Shown: positions 40,450 through 52,999 of the stretch, piece by piece
Numbering within the stretch: position 1 is the first letter of the stretch
Layout of the letters: the number at the start of each line of letters is the position of its first letter
Assembly: GCA_025558095.1 (NCBI GenBank)
Contig: JAIVFI010000001.1
Coordinates: forward strand, 1,240,001 to 1,304,000
DNA from: Hyaloraphidium curvatum SAG 235-1
Taxonomy: Eukaryota > Fungi > Monoblepharomycota
Direction: 5' to 3'
DNA: 64,000 nucleotides
The notes under the pieces: model-generated
The model's input: the letters and a program-made list of their open reading frames with translations, nothing else
What the model was told of the DNA's origin: nothing
Database searches by the model: none
Position numbers and translations under genes: made by a program

Positions 40450-43400
40450 ATGACGGCGGAGACGCGCGAGAAGAAGGTCGCGCACTTTGTCGACCGGCTG
40501 CTCGAGCTGCGGGATGTGCCGCGCGACGCCGTCGACCACGTAGCGCTGTACGAGCGGCTGCTCGCGCCCGCGTCGCCCACAAAGGTGGGCGCTCCGGCCG
40601 CCGCTCCGCACCCGACTGAATTTCGGCCGCTTAAATCCGATTATTGTGGGCGCCGTCTCGGCCGTTAGCGGCACGACCGGCAGGCCGCGGTCGACGACGT
40701 CGTCGCGTCGATCCGCGCGTCGTTCGGCGACCGCTCGGCCGCGCAGGGCGACGCCGCCGCGCGCGGCTTCCTCGCGGCGCTGCAGTCGCTCGACAACGCG
40801 GTCGCGCCCGAGGCCGCGCCGTTCCTCGACGTGCTCGCCGAGATCCACGCGAACCCGCACGCCGCGAAGCTGCTCGGCGCGCGATACGACTTCTCGGCGC
40901 CCTTAAATCCCGCGCGGAGGATCTCGCCGGCCCGCTCGCCCGTGCGGCGGCAGTTCGACTCGGACGCCCACGCCGGCGCCTCGCCCGAATCCCGGCAGCC
41001 CGCAAACATGGGCCGCGAGGGTGCCCCCGTGCTCGGAAACAGCGCCGCCGCCAACCAGCGGGCGACGCCCGTTGGCGTGCCGCTCAAGCGCGCACTGAAC
41101 TTTGCCACGGGGCAGAAGGCGCCTGCGCCGGCCCCGCCGGGGGGTTCGGCCCGGCCGTCCAGGACCTCGGCGGAGCTACCGCCCGTGGGCACGACCGTGC
41201 CCTCCCTGCGGACCTCTGTGTCATCGACTGCACCGCGGGGACTCGCGCTCAGCCGCGCGTCGGAGAGCGTGGACGTGCTCAGGCGCTCGCAGTCCGAGGC
41301 CAGGCCTGCCGGCCTGTCCGTCCCGGCGACCGGCCCCTCTAGGGACAGCGATGGTGGTTCCATATCGCGCAGCCACCTCTTTGGCAACATTTCCTCCATC
41401 CAGGGCGCTTCCGCGGATGCCACGGTGGGCTCAACTCGTTCGTCATGCCGTCATGCTGGCTCATCCGCACCTCCTTCAGCCCGACGAGTCCCGCCGCGCG
41501 AGCACCAACACGGAATCCCGGCCCTCCTATTCCATAACGAGGCACGAGGACCACCGCTCGGCCGTGGACTCGGGCTACCGGACAATGTCGCAGATCCACT
41601 CGCGGATCTCGGAAAACGTCCCGCCGCCTTCCCTCGGCGCAACCCACACCCCTTCCTACGTCATCTCTGCCGACCCCGAGGCGGCCAGGCCCCCCGTTTC
41701 CCAGTCTCCGCGGCGGCTGCCCCCGACTGCCACCTCGACCGCCTCCTCCCTCGCCGCCCCCGCCTTCCGCGACACCCCTCCCTCGCCCAACGCTGCACGC
41801 GCGCAGCGCATGTCCTACTCGCAGGACGCCCCCTCCGAGCGCGCCTCGGGGGACCGCCTTCCGCGACACCCCGCCTTTTCCCCCGCGGCCCCCGAGGAAC
41901 CGCGGGCGCAACCCCGCTTCGAGGACGAGTTCTCGCCGGCCAGCTCGGTCGGCGCGGTGCCGGAACCGGAGCCGACTCCGGCGGCCAGGCACGATCCCGC
42001 CAGGGGTGTCAACATTCGGCGGCTGGGCTCAATGCCGCTGGCGGAGCAGGAGAGGCTGGTCGTGGACGACCTGCTGTACGTGCTGCTGGTGGGTTCCGGC
42101 GAGCCTCGGCAGGTGGATCAGTTGTTGACGTGTGCGCGCCGCTTGCAGGGCTTCAACGGGATCTACATTCGCGCTGCCCCCAAGCAGCGGCCCCGGACAG
42201 ACGACCTGGAGCGGCCAGAGAGGATGGAGGTTTTCCAGTTGGAAAAGCGCGACGGCGCGTGGGAGATGGATGCCACGATGGGTAGGTCTCGCGCGTCAGC
42301 GGGCTCGCCTGCACATGTTCACGTCGTTTGCCAGATGCCTCGTTGGCCTCCATGGTCAAGCTCATGCTCCCGGTCGCGAAATACTACCAGAAGCTCCAGA
42401 ACTTTGTCAAAAACGCCACCAGCATGGAAGCCGGCCGCATCTCCAACGCCGTGGCGGCCGCGGTCCGTGGGCTGCTCAAGGAGTACCTCCTCCTCGTGGT
42501 GCAGCTCGAGACGCTGCAACGGCAGGGCCAGCTCTCCCTGCAGAAGCTCTTTTACCACGTCAACCCCACGCTGCGCACCATGCGGACGTTGCAGGAGATC
42601 GCCTCAGCGATAATCAACCCCCCGCCGCAGCGCAAGGGCTGCCAGCTCGTGAGCCTGCTCGAGCGCCGGCTGGCGGAAAATGCCGGCGACCCCGTCGGCC
42701 GGGCGCTGCACACGACGCTGCTCCGGGCCTCGCTGCCCTCGCTCGTGCACCAGATCCGGGAGTGGATCTACAAGGGCCAGATCAGGGACGACGGGGGCGA
42801 GTTCTTCGTCGCACAGGCGCACAACATGAGCAACGCGGCCGCCATGACCGAGGAATCGTGGGGCGACGAGGTGTGGACCAAGTTCACGGTGGTGGACGAG
42901 AACGTGCCGCCGCTGTTCGACGGGGTCAAGGAGAAGATCCTCGACGCCGGGCGCAACTGGGACATGGTCCGGGTGTGCGGGAAGAAGGTCGGCGTGCCGA
43001 GGGCCGAGATCGAGGCGGCGCTGGCGGCCGAGACGCCTCCGGTGGTGGGGAGCCACCAGCTTATTCAGACGCTGGGCATCGCGGGGTGGGTTGCCGGGGC
43101 TTGCTTCGCCCTGTGCGGCACTGACGTTTGCCGTGCCTGCAGGATCTTCAGCGAGATCGAGTTCGCCTTTACCTCGGCCAACGCGGCGATGCTGGACCTG
43201 CTGGTGAAGGAAAACAACCTCATGGCCCGCCTGCGGTCCATGAAGCGGTACTTCCTTCTCGACTCGGCCGACTTTTTGGTGCAGTTTCTCGACCTTGCGT
43301 CGGAGGAGCTCTCCCGGCGCTCGAGCGAAGTGTCGGTGCCCAAGCTGCAGAACCTGTGGGACCTCTGCACGGCAGGCGAGACGGACAGCTTCGAAATCGA

Positions 43401-44480
43401 GATCAGCAAGAAATCGTTCCTCAACGTCGTGCTGAGGATCATCGCGGGGACGTGGAAGCAGCCGGGTGAGCCGGCGGGGGGCAAGGGAGGGGCGGGGAAG
43501 ATTTCGGACCCGGGCGTCGTCGTCGGTGGGTACCGCGCTTGCTTCTGCTCTGCACAGGCTGATTGTTGGGTTTGCAGGCTTCGACGGTTTCGTGCTCGCC
43601 TACAGGACCAAGTTCCCCTTGTCTCTCATGTTCAACTTCAACACTGTCTTCATGTACAGGACGCTCTTCCGCCACCTCTTCAACTGCAAGCACGTCGAGA
43701 ACCTGCTCGCGACCGGTTGGCAGGAACAAGCGCAGCGCAAGTTCCCCAAGCGCGCCCGCCCGGCCTCGAGGGCGGTCCCCTCCCCCGGCCGCGCCCCGCC
43801 CCCGGACGGCTTCGCCGAATTTGCCCGCTTCGAGCTCCGCATGGGGGTGCTCCGGCACCAGATGCTGGGGGCTTTGCGCCAGGTCATGGCCTACATGTCG
43901 TTGGAAGTGATCGAGCGCAGGTTCAAGCTGATGGAGCTGCGTATCCTGGGCGCGCGCACGGTCCGAGACGTGCTCCAGATCCACGAAGATTTCTTGTTGG
44001 AGTGCTGCAAGGAGTGCATGATCTCGGAGGAGCCCGTGATTGATGTGGGTTCCGCTGCCTGCAACCGGCTCGCAGCCGTTGATCCGCCTCCTACAGGCCT
44101 TTTCCCGCGTCATGTACATCGTTTCTACCTTCTGCTCCTTCTCCAACTGGTTCACGCAGCAGATGCGGATGGTCGAGGCCGGCCCGACGTCGCTGGTCCT
44201 CTCCTTCAACGGCACCTATTCCCTCCCCGGCCCCCTGCTCGAAGGGGACTCCTCGCGGCCGCCGAGCACGCCGCTCGAGACGCTCGAAGCCCTCGGGCGG
44301 CTGTACCGCGGCAGCATGCGGGACCTCATCGAGGCCATCAAAGGGGCAACGGAGGGATGCCCGCAGCTGGGCAAGCTGGCGCAGAGGCTGGACTTTGACG
44401 GTTTCTACATGGAGGCCGCAGCGGACGATGATGCTGCGGCGATGCTCGATACCCCCGAGGAAGAGTCAGAGACGCATTGA
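40450..44480 (+). CDS. TUBGCP2: gamma-tubulin complex component 2 (GCP2/Spc97)
   Basis: EQERLVVDDLLYVL, LSLQKLFYHV, LRSMKRYFLLD, YRTKFPLSL, LFRHLFNCKHVE, HEDFLLECCKECM; many introns. Confidence 0.88.
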
Positions 44481-44550
44481 AAGAAGAATCTATTGTAATT
44501 GGCGTCGCTTTGGCGTCCGTGAATCAGATCCAAAAGGAGTACCCCATGAC

Positions 44551-45440
44551 CTAGTGCATGAGCTCCACCCTCGCCCCTCCGCCGGTCCACCCGTCGCATG
44601 CTGCGCGGATGTTGTTCCAGAACCGGAGCTCGATCGCGCCGCGCCGGAAATCTTCCCAGTCCGAGCGCGCGAACGCGTCCTCCATCCGCGTCGTCGTCTC
44701 CCCGATCCTGGCCTGGTTCTCGTCCCGTATCCGGTCGACGACCGCCTGGTCCGTGGCGTCCTGAAGCTCCTCCATCGTTTCGAGGACCGACATGAGGAGG
44801 TCCGGCGGGGCTCCCGAGCCAGCTTCCGAGTCCTGCTCCTCAATCGGAAGACCGTGCCGTTCCAGCTGACGAGCCAGAAGCAGCTTCAGTCGAGACGCTA
44901 GAGGGACATCCCAGTCGCGCGGACACCCACAATGTACAAGGCGCGCAGCTCCGGATCCCGCAGCGTCTGGTAAGCCTTGTTGGCCAATGCCGACATGTCC
45001 TCGGCGTAGCGGCGCTCCCGATCCTCCGCCTGCCCGAACTGGTCCGGGTGCACGGCCTGCTGCAGCTTCAGAAATCGCTGCTTCAGCTCCGAGAGGGCCG
45101 TTCCGGGCGCGTCCGAAAACTCCTCCGTGCCTCCGTTCAGCAGGTCAAAGTACGACCCCGCAGGAGCGGGTTGAACGCGCGAACACGACGGGCAGAGAGC
45201 TGCAGCGGGCTGCACGGGTGCGGAGCACGACCAGCATTGCCGAGGAGCGGAGGAGTAGGTGCGGTAGGTGGTGACGGAGCGTGGTCTTCGGACCTCCAAC
45301 GGCGGGCGCGTCGGCGTCAAAAGGCGAGGCCGCGCGGGCATCGTAAAAGATCGCGCATTCTGCGCAGACGAAATGGAGCAGAACGCCCGCAAGGCGGTCC
45401 GGACGCGAGATCTCGGCAGCATCGATCGGGATGTTTGCAT
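44551..45440 (-). CDS. JAC1: Fe-S cluster co-chaperone HscB/Jac1
   Basis: CWSC...CPSCSRVQP metal site, a J-domain with HPD, NKAYQTLRDP, and the C-terminal exon ELRFWNNI. Confidence 0.9.
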
Positions 45441-45508
45441 TTTGGCGTCAAACCCCTCCGCCGGTCCTCATCTCGATCGTTGCGTCCCGGAGCCGCACTC
45501 GCCCCGCG

Positions 45509-47170
45509 ATGGAGAGCCCAAATGCCGGCTCGGCGAGTCAGTCGCCTTGCAGTCTGCTCGATTTGCCGCCGGAGGTCCTGGACCTCGTGTGCATGTTCCT
45601 GCCGCGCCGATCGAATCTCGAGCTCGCGCTGACAGCACGCAACCTGGCGGAAGTCGCCCTCCGCGCAGTTTGGCGGCACCTGAGCGACGATGCGGAAGCG
45701 ATTCTCGCGCTCTCGGCGTCGGGCTCCTCGTTGAGCTGCGACTACGCGTCCTATGTCTCCCGGGTCTCTTTCGGGCATTCAGTCTCGGGATTGGACTTTG
45801 CCAACCAGAAGCTTCCCGTCGTAGTGTCTCTTCTTCTGAGGTTTACCACTCTGAGGAGTCTACATCTGCGCTACGTGAAGCTGGCCGATGGCACGGTGGA
45901 CCGGCTCTTCCGGGGCCTGGCGAGCACGTCGCTGGGTTGCCTCCATTTTGAAGGCGTGGAACTCTCGCCGGCCGCTTCGACGTCAATGACTTCGACGCTG
46001 ATTCCGCTGCACGTGCCTGACCTTGAGGAGCTTAGGCTTACCGGCCTCCCATACCTTGCGGACTCTGTCGTGTCGTGTGTAGCCGGATTGGTGCGGCTTT
46101 CGAAGCTGCACCTCGGCTCCGCAAACGCGTGGTCGGTTTTTACGCCCGAAACGTGCCGCAAGCTCGCCTTTGACGCTTTGAACCACGCGTCGCGCGGACC
46201 CCGACTGAAGTCACTTGGTCTCTACCAGTTTTCGAACAAGAAAGGCATTCTGCTGCCTTTTCTGGAGGCGCAGGGACCGACCTTGGAGGAGCTGGTCATT
46301 GAGTTTCGATCGTCGCTGCTTGGCAACACCATTCCACCCGCGAACGAAGACGATTACGTGCTGCAACGCCCTCTTTTGGCTTTCCTAAAGCCGGGAACCA
46401 AGCCGAAAGCCCCTGCAAAAGGCCCACCTGTCACGACCTCGCTCGACACGCACATCGCCAATCTCCTGTTTTCTGTGCCGAGCGTGTTTCCTCCAAACCT
46501 GACTAAGCTTTCTCTGGCAGGCCTGCTCACTGTTGACGCAAAGGAGCTCATGATCCTCCAGGGTGGCAAGCAATCCGCCGCGAGTATCGAGCCTGTTTCC
46601 TTCCCCTCTGTCACTCAAATCTCTCTCACTCCCATGTTCCGCATCCGATCGTTCGCGACGGAGCCGCCCCATCTTTTCGGACTCGTGTCCGAGGACGGAG
46701 TTGGATTTGGCCCGCTCTTTCCGAACCTTGTTTCGGCCAGCCTGAGCGCGATGGGCCGCACCAGGCGCTCCCGGCTCCGAGACGACGATATCGCCCGGGT
46801 GCTGCGTGGTCTACCGGCCGGCATCAGCAGCGTCTCGGTGGGGGAACGGGGGTTTAGCTTCGGACCGGAGAGCTGGGCGGCTCTTGGCACGCTCGAGTCT
46901 CTGCGCGACCTCTCGGTCCCGAATTGCTTCCACGAGCCTTCCCCTGATCGCCTTCCGGAGAACGTCCGCGAAAAGCTGCGCGGTCTACGGCCGTTGCGCC
47001 GGTTCAAGATTGTTGGAGTAGCGAACGACTTTGCCCGGGCACTCGAAGAATCGCAGGAGGCAGAAGATGGACTCGGACGCGTTTCCGTGGAGCGGACCCT
47101 GGTTTGGCCGCCCAACTTTGTCTCCAACGCCATCTCTTTCAGTTTTTCTGACTGCAGGAATCACAAATGA
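45509..47170 (+). CDS. F-box/LRR (RNI-like) protein
   Basis: LLDLPPEVLDLVCMFL F-box followed by LxxLxL repeats. Confidence 0.8.
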   Translation: MESPNAGSASQSPCSLLDLPPEVLDLVCMFLPRRSNLELALTARNLAEVALRAVWRHLSDDAEAILALSASGSSLSCDYASYVSRVSFGHSVSGLDFANQKLPVVVSLLLRFTTLRSLHLRYVKLADGTVDRLFRGLASTSLGCLHFEGVELSPAASTSMTSTLIPLHVPDLEELRLTGLPYLADSVVSCVAGLVRLSKLHLGSANAWSVFTPETCRKLAFDALNHASRGPRLKSLGLYQFSNKKGILLPFLEAQGPTLEELVIEFRSSLLGNTIPPANEDDYVLQRPLLAFLKPGTKPKAPAKGPPVTTSLDTHIANLLFSVPSVFPPNLTKLSLAGLLTVDAKELMILQGGKQSAASIEPVSFPSVTQISLTPMFRIRSFATEPPHLFGLVSEDGVGFGPLFPNLVSASLSAMGRTRRSRLRDDDIARVLRGLPAGISSVSVGERGFSFGPESWAALGTLESLRDLSVPNCFHEPSPDRLPENVREKLRGLRPLRRFKIVGVANDFARALEESQEAEDGLGRVSVERTLVWPPNFVSNAISFSFSDCRNHK

Positions 47171-48455
47171 TGCGCGTGTCGCGGAGCGTAGGCCCTTTGC
47201 TCAACACGAAAGCACGCCGGTTGTGGCATCCCAAGTAGCCACGGAAGGCACAGAAGCTCCGGCCGCAGCCCTTGTCGCAATCCAGTATGACGGCCCCGGT
47301 GGAGCAAGAGTCGCAAAAGTAGCCCGAGCATGCTTCGCACGTCCCCCCGAGCTCGCTCCGGTGGACTTCGTAGCATGGTCGGCACGTCGAAGCCTTCGAG
47401 GAGCACAAACGGCATTCCAATGTGGTAATCGTCCGCGTCGAGCTGGAATCAGGGTACAAGAACGTCCGGTTGCCGAAACCCAGGGCCGCGGTTCGCGCCA
47501 GAAGGCTGTCCAGCTCGCGAGCAGCTACCCGGAGGCCCGCTGTAGGCGCCTTTGCTACTGCAAAGACGCCGCAGAATTGACAAAACTGCTTTTGGTGGCA
47601 TTCATAGCATTTTCCCGTCAGCAAACGTTCCACAGGGGAAGGACCCGAGTTGCCCGCGAAAAAGATGGCAGCACTTGGACAGCCCTTGGTTGAACAGCGG
47701 GTCGGCTCGACCACGAGCAGGTCCGGCCCGCCCTTGCCCTTGTCTCGATCCGTCAACTTCCACAGGGCCGAACGAATACGGCCAACGGCAGCGAGAATGA
47801 CGGAATCCTGCTCCTTTCTTTCACCATACTTGGCCAGGGCAGCAGGGCGCACCCGCAGAAGTTTCAAGGATGCGAGCTGAGGCGGATGCTTGTCTTCGCG
47901 CTGCTTCGTCCGCGACCGACTTTCGAGCATCGATTCCAGAAGGATCGCAAGGTCCACGGCCGACATCGAACATCCGTTGAGCGAGAGAGCTTGGAGACTG
48001 TATCCACGAGGGAAGAGAGTGTCCCGAAGCCACGCCGGTTCAATATCCATGCCGTCCAGCACCAGAGTAGTGACAAAGCACAGCAAGGACGACACGCTCA
48101 AAGGCTGATTGTTCGGCTTCCCTGCCTCCGGAATGGGCCGTCTGAAGAAGTGCCTGGCGCTCTTGAGCCGTCTCTCGATCTCGAGCTTGCCGGCCACGCC
48201 TCGCTTCGTACCGCTGGCATCAACGACGATGTCTCCGCTTCCAAGCAAGAGGAGTCCGGACGTCTTCTGTCGCATAGCCCGGCACGTCGACGATAAGTGA
48301 ATGAGGTCCTTGGTCGCCAGGATGTCGACTCCCCATGGCCCTCTCCTCGCTGTGGATATCTTGAGCAGAAGCTCCACGGGAAGAGCAGCCAGGTTTGCCG
48401 CTTCGCTCTGCCCGCCGGTATCTTCAGACATCGGTAGGCACGTTGTGGCGGCCAT
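47139..48455 (-). CDS. F-box-like protein with a Cys-rich C-terminal zinc-binding region
   Basis: LAALPVELLLKI...LSSTCRAM, and many CxxC pairs (CYEC, CQFC, CRLC, CRPC, CEAC, CDSC). Confidence 0.7.
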   Translation of the reverse strand: MAATTCLPMSEDTGGQSEAANLAALPVELLLKISTARRGPWGVDILATKDLIHLSSTCRAMRQKTSGLLLLGSGDIVVDASGTKRGVAGKLEIERRLKSARHFFRRPIPEAGKPNNQPLSVSSLLCFVTTLVLDGMDIEPAWLRDTLFPRGYSLQALSLNGCSMSAVDLAILLESMLESRSRTKQREDKHPPQLASLKLLRVRPAALAKYGERKEQDSVILAAVGRIRSALWKLTDRDKGKGGPDLLVVEPTRCSTKGCPSAAIFFAGNSGPSPVERLLTGKCYECHQKQFCQFCGVFAVAKAPTAGLRVAARELDSLLARTAALGFGNRTFLYPDSSSTRTITTLECRLCSSKASTCRPCYEVHRSELGGTCEACSGYFCDSCSTGAVILDCDKGCGRSFCAFRGYLGCHNRRAFVLSKGPTLRDTRIICDSCSQKN

Positions 48456-48632
48456 CGCAATCCTTTTGCGATCGCCCGCTCGGGCCGTTTTCTTCGGGCG
48501 GATTTCCAGCTACGGGAGCGCATTTCCAGGGGCTTTGGGACAACGTCCGCGTGCGGAGCAGGCATTTTATTGATCCCTGGACGCGTTTTCCGCCACGCCG
48601 TTGGATTTGGTGGACGCCCCCCGCTGCCGAAG

Positions 48633-49379
48633 ATGAGCCGAAGCGCGCCGTTCCCGACGAAGCGGCCGGACAAGTCGCACCCGTTGTACAAGACCGCGCT
48701 CTGCGTTCATTTTGCGGCCGGTGACTGCTTCCACGGGGCCAACTGCTCCTTCGCGCACTCGGAAAAAGAACTCCGCCAAAAGCCATGCAAGTTCGGCCCG
48801 AGCTGCAGGTCTGAGCGATGCACGTACTACCACGGGGAGGACGACGAAGAGGAGCAGAATCAGCTGCCGACCCCGCCCCGCGCCGCGTCGGACTTGGAGC
48901 CCATTGCCGCCTCGAAGCCAAAGACCGTGATTGCTTCGCCGTCGCCTGCATCCGTCGGCCCGTGGAAGCTCGTCGTTGCTGAGCCGCCGAAGCCCCCTGC
49001 GCCGAAAGCGACGACATTGGCGGACCTGCCTGACCTCGTTGCGCGTGTCTCGAAGCTCGGGTTCTCCGAAGAGCGGGTGGCGTGGGCGTCGTACAGGGTC
49101 GCTTTGGGCAAGAATCTCGCTCCGGGAGCAGGGATCCTGGACTCTGAAGTCGTTGATCTGCTGGCGGCCAACCCCAAGAAGGAGAGGAAAGCTACGACGG
49201 CGGGCGAATCGGCGGGGGCAAAGGAGTGCATGATCTGCCTCGACGAGGAGCGGGAGGTGGTCCTTGTTCCGTGCGGCCACGCGACGCTCTGCTTCAATTG
49301 CGGCGAAGACATCAAGCGCAGAGGCAATTGCCCCACTTGCCGGCAGGAAGTCAGGAGCATCATGCGCGTCTTCCTCTAA
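48633..49379 (+). CDS. tandem CCCH zinc finger plus C3HC4 RING E3 ligase
   Basis: YKTALCVHF...C.....C.FAH and CKFGPSC....C.YYH fingers; RING CMICLD...LVPCGHATLCFNC...CPTCR. Confidence 0.9.
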   Translation: MSRSAPFPTKRPDKSHPLYKTALCVHFAAGDCFHGANCSFAHSEKELRQKPCKFGPSCRSERCTYYHGEDDEEEQNQLPTPPRAASDLEPIAASKPKTVIASPSPASVGPWKLVVAEPPKPPAPKATTLADLPDLVARVSKLGFSEERVAWASYRVALGKNLAPGAGILDSEVVDLLAANPKKERKATTAGESAGAKECMICLDEEREVVLVPCGHATLCFNCGEDIKRRGNCPTCRQEVRSIMRVFL

Positions 49380-49672
49380 GGCGGGCCCGAACTCGGGACG
49401 GAGCTGAGCAATCTTTGGCACCTGGATCTGACTGCTGCGTGTTGACTTTGATGACTTTTTCGTGTGGATTCTGAACGGTTGGTGCATACCTTTGGTGACC
49501 AGTGTTTGAATGGGAGGGAGGCAACAGATCGGACTTGGTTGATACCTTCGATCTTTGTGCAAATGTACAGAAAAAAAGCAAAAGAGTAGAGCGTTAGGAT
49601 TGGCTGAACCTTCGTTTTCCGTGCGCATGTGTGCGGCGTCTGGTGTGGACCGACTCGAATGCCACGTCAACC

Positions 49673-50238
49673 ATGGAGGAAGGACTCGCCATCAAACGCA
49701 ACCGGCCGCGCTTCAACGCGTGCCAATTCACAAAGACATTGATTGCCGCAGTAATCGCGACGTTCTTGGTCCTCGTGCTCTGGCTTGTTCTGCGAGAAGG
49801 CTAGGATGGCGGAGGGCGCTGCTCCCAAGTCTCCGAGACCTTCTTCGAAAGCGTCGACGTGCAGCGGCGGGGCGACCCCACCTCACCATACAAGGTTCCT
49901 TCCGGTACGCAATTGGACGCGATGGCGGCCACCGCGCGTGTCTGACGCGTCCGGCTTGGGCAGACGCTCCCGAACCGATTCGGCGCCGGTTGTCGCTTGA
50001 GAACATCGTGAGACCTCCCCTGCCGGACAAGGAGGACGCGAAGCACCTCGAGAACTTGGGACTGGCTGTGGAGGATGGGCTGTTAGTGCGGTGCTCGAGT
50101 GGGTGGAATCTGGCCCTTCTCGCCCGCGGGGGCGCTCACCCCTGGTCGAAAGGTCACGACGCGGCAGGATCGCAGAAGGAATCGAGCGCGGGGACGGAAG
50201 AGGACCAACCGGAGCGCAAAGAGGCCAACAAGAAGTGA
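49673..50238 (+). pseudogene. type II membrane protein gene interrupted by TAG (or a 43-aa micropeptide)
   Basis: ATG 49673, TM helix LIAAVIATFLVLVLWLVL, TAG at 49802. The frame continues and splices through GTACGC..CTGAC..CAG (49905-49963) into the next open exon. Confidence 0.4.
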
Positions 50239-50252
50239 TTCCGCAGCCTACA

Positions 50253-52239
50253 TCAACGTTGCGCCTTGCTCCAGTCGAGCTCCTTTACCAGCAGCTTCTT
50301 GTTGACCTTGCCCATCGGATTCCGGGGCATGTCCCCCTCGATCGTCAGCATCCGGGTCGGGAGCTTGTAGGTCGCCAGCCTGTCCTTGAGGAAGTGCCGC
50401 AGCTTGCTCAGCGAGATCGACTTTCCCTCCTTGGGCACCATGACCACGGCCACGCGCTCGCCCCACTCCTCGTCGGGGATGCCGCACACGGCGCAGTCCT
50501 TGACGGCGGGGTGGTCGAAGATTTCGCGCTCGATCTCGAGGGCGGAGATCTTGTAGCCGCCGGACTGTTTCGGGCTTTTAGTGAGAATGCAGGATTTGGC
50601 ATGGCTGTCGAGCAGCCCACCTTGATGATGTCCATGCTCGCCCGCCCGAGGATGCGGAAGTACCCGTTGGGCATCCTCACCGCGATGTCGCCCGTCTTGA
50701 ACCACCCTTCCTCGTCAAAGACCTCCTTGGTCGCGTCCGGCCGCTTCCAGTACTCGACAAAGACGTTGTCGCCCTTGACCAGGATCTCGCCGGGGGTATC
50801 CACCTTGTCCGTCACGTTGGCGCCGTCCTCGACCGACGCGAGCTTCACCCGCACCCCGGGGAACGGGACGCCGACCGTGCCAGGTACCCTCTCACCCTCG
50901 AGCGGGTTCCCCAGCGCCATCCCGATCTCGCTCATCCCGTACCTCTCCAGCAGCCTCTGGCCCCCGCTCACTTCCACCCACTCCTCGAACATGGTCGTCG
51001 GCAGCGGCGCGCTGCCCGAGACCATCACCCGGAACCGCGAGGACACGGCCGTGCTTATGCGCTGCTCGGTGAGGTCCATCTTGCGGTAGGCCTGGGCCAG
51101 GCGGGAGTAGATGGTGGGGACGGCCATGAAGAGGGTGAGGGGTTCGGGGGAGGCGAAGCGCTTCCAGATGGCGGGGGCGTCAGAGGGGTGGAACTCGCAG
51201 GTGGCGCCAGAGTAGAGGGCGCAGAGAAGGATGTTGACAATCCCCTGCGTGGAGGAAACGGTAAGTCCATGGAGCAAAGGAAGTCGGCCGCGGGAGACCA
51301 ACGTGGACGTGGTTGAGGGGGAGGGTGTGGAGGATGGCGTCGTTCGAGGACCATTTCCAGGCCTCGACCAGCGACCTGATGTTGGAGTGCACGCTCTTGT
51401 GCGAGTGGACGACGCCCTTGGGCTTGCCAGTCGTCCCTGCGGCCAATGTTGGTCAAACCAGGTCGGCGACGGTGCGCGGAGGAAGGAACCAGAAGTGTAG
51501 ATGAAGAGGGCTCGCCGGTTGATGTCAAAGGGGGAAAGCGAGAACTGGGCCTGCCGCAGAACAAGAATGTAAGCTTGAGCAGGCGGCCAACAGAAGCCAC
51601 GCGGCCAACAGAAGCCACCCACCTCTGCTGCCGGGACCTCGCGCGGCTCATGGTCGTCCACGTGGAGGACCTTGAACGGCCCTTCCTTGGCGACAACGGG
51701 GGCAATCTTGGCCTCGAACGAAGAGTGCACGACCACCAGCGACGACTCGGAGTTTTCGATCGTGTACTCCATCTCCGCTGCGGGTTGGTGCGTGGCTGCC
51801 GTCGGACTCCTCGTCAGACTCCCGCAGGATCGGCCACGACGGGCTCCCCACATATCGGCACCGCCACGCCACCCGCCGCCCACACGCCCCACTGCACCAC
51901 GGCGTACTCGTACGCGTTCGGACACAGGAACGCGACGCGCTGCTCCGCCAGGTCCTTGGTCCCGGCCGTCTCGAGCAGCCTGTCGCGGAACGCGGCCGCA
52001 TCGCGGAGCAGCTGCGCGTACGAGTAGTTCTTCCCGTGCGAGATGATCGCCGGGTGCGGAATGGAGCCCGCGAAGCCGGCGGCGCGCGAGAAGAGCGGGA
52101 GGTCGGGCAGCGCGGCGGGCGCGTGCAGGCGCCGGCGGGCGGCTCCCGCGGGGCGGCAGGCGGGCAGCGCGGCGCGGCGGAGGAGCGTCCACTGCACCGC
52201 GCGGGAATGCCGCGGGATCGCGGCGATCGCGGGCCGCAT
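50253..52239 (-). CDS. ACSF3: acyl-CoA synthetase, ACSF3/MatB (malonate-CoA ligase)-like
   Basis: IYTSGTTGKPKG across an intron, FMAVPTIY, ERYGMSEIG, WFKTGD, KSGGYKISALEIE and PRNPMGKVNK; Arg-rich presequence. Confidence 0.9.
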
Positions 52240-52399
52240 CGCGGGGTCGCGTGCGTGGGAGACGGCGTTGTTGAATGTTGACGTTGGCGTCGCGCGTCCC
52301 GCTGAGGAAAAGTAGAACGCCAGCGCCGCCCTGCCACGAGACGGAGGAGGGCAGCTCATTCCATCGTCATTTCCTGGAGTATCTTTCGTGCCGACCGCC

Positions 52400-52999
52400 A
52401 TGGCGCAGTCCCACGTCAAGGGTCTGTCGTCGAAGCTGTCGCAGATGAAGTTCATGCAGAGGGGCTCGCGGCCCGCGGACTCGGGGTCCTCCTCGGAGCC
52501 GTCGCGGGCCTCGAAGGAGGACCAGCCGATACCGCAGGCCCCTCGGAGGGGTCCCGAATCGCTGGCTCCGGCCAAGGACGCTCCTTCTGCGGGGAAGGAA
52601 GCCGTCGAGGCAGAGGGACAGCCGAAGCTCGTCGTGGAGGTCGAGAGCTCGTACTTGGGTTTCCTCCCCTTCTCTCCCGTGGGCCGGATATCATACGGGG
52701 CAAAGAAGAAGGACGATACCGGGGCAGGAGGGGCGGCAAAGGACGGACAGGACGCCGCGGTGTCGGACGCCGACATGGCGCGGACCTTGGCCTCGCCAGG
52801 GGCAAAGAACGGGCTGCCCTCGGCTTTCGGCAAGCGCCGGAGAGAGGGCGAGGGCGACGAGGGGGACAGGGGCAGCAAGACTTCGGTGGGGCTGCAGGCC
52901 AAGGACGGGGGCGTGGAGAAGAGGCAGAAGAAGGCGCCGTGGTCCAGCAAGCCGTCGTCGGGGGGCCGCAGGTTCTTTGACCGTGTATCCGATCCCTGA
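52400..52999 (+). CDS. MPP6: M-phase phosphoprotein 6 (exosome cofactor)-like
   Basis: The [13 protein letters not shown] and GRISYG motifs typical of the family. Confidence 0.7.
   Translation: MAQSHVKGLSSKLSQMKFMQRGSRPADSGSSSEPSRASKEDQPIPQAPRRGPESLAPAKDAPSAGKEAVEAEGQPKLVVEVESSYLGFLPFSPVGRISYGAKKKDDTGAGGAAKDGQDAAVSDADMARTLASPGAKNGLPSAFGKRRREGEGDEGDRGSKTSVGLQAKDGGVEKRQKKAPWSSKPSSGGRRFFDRVSDP

Noticed and set aside
51583-51618. Perfect 18-bp tandem duplication in an ACSF3 intron (similar short doublets at about 766-790 and 16510-16531)
   Set aside because: Only two units with no spacers, consistent with ordinary slippage.
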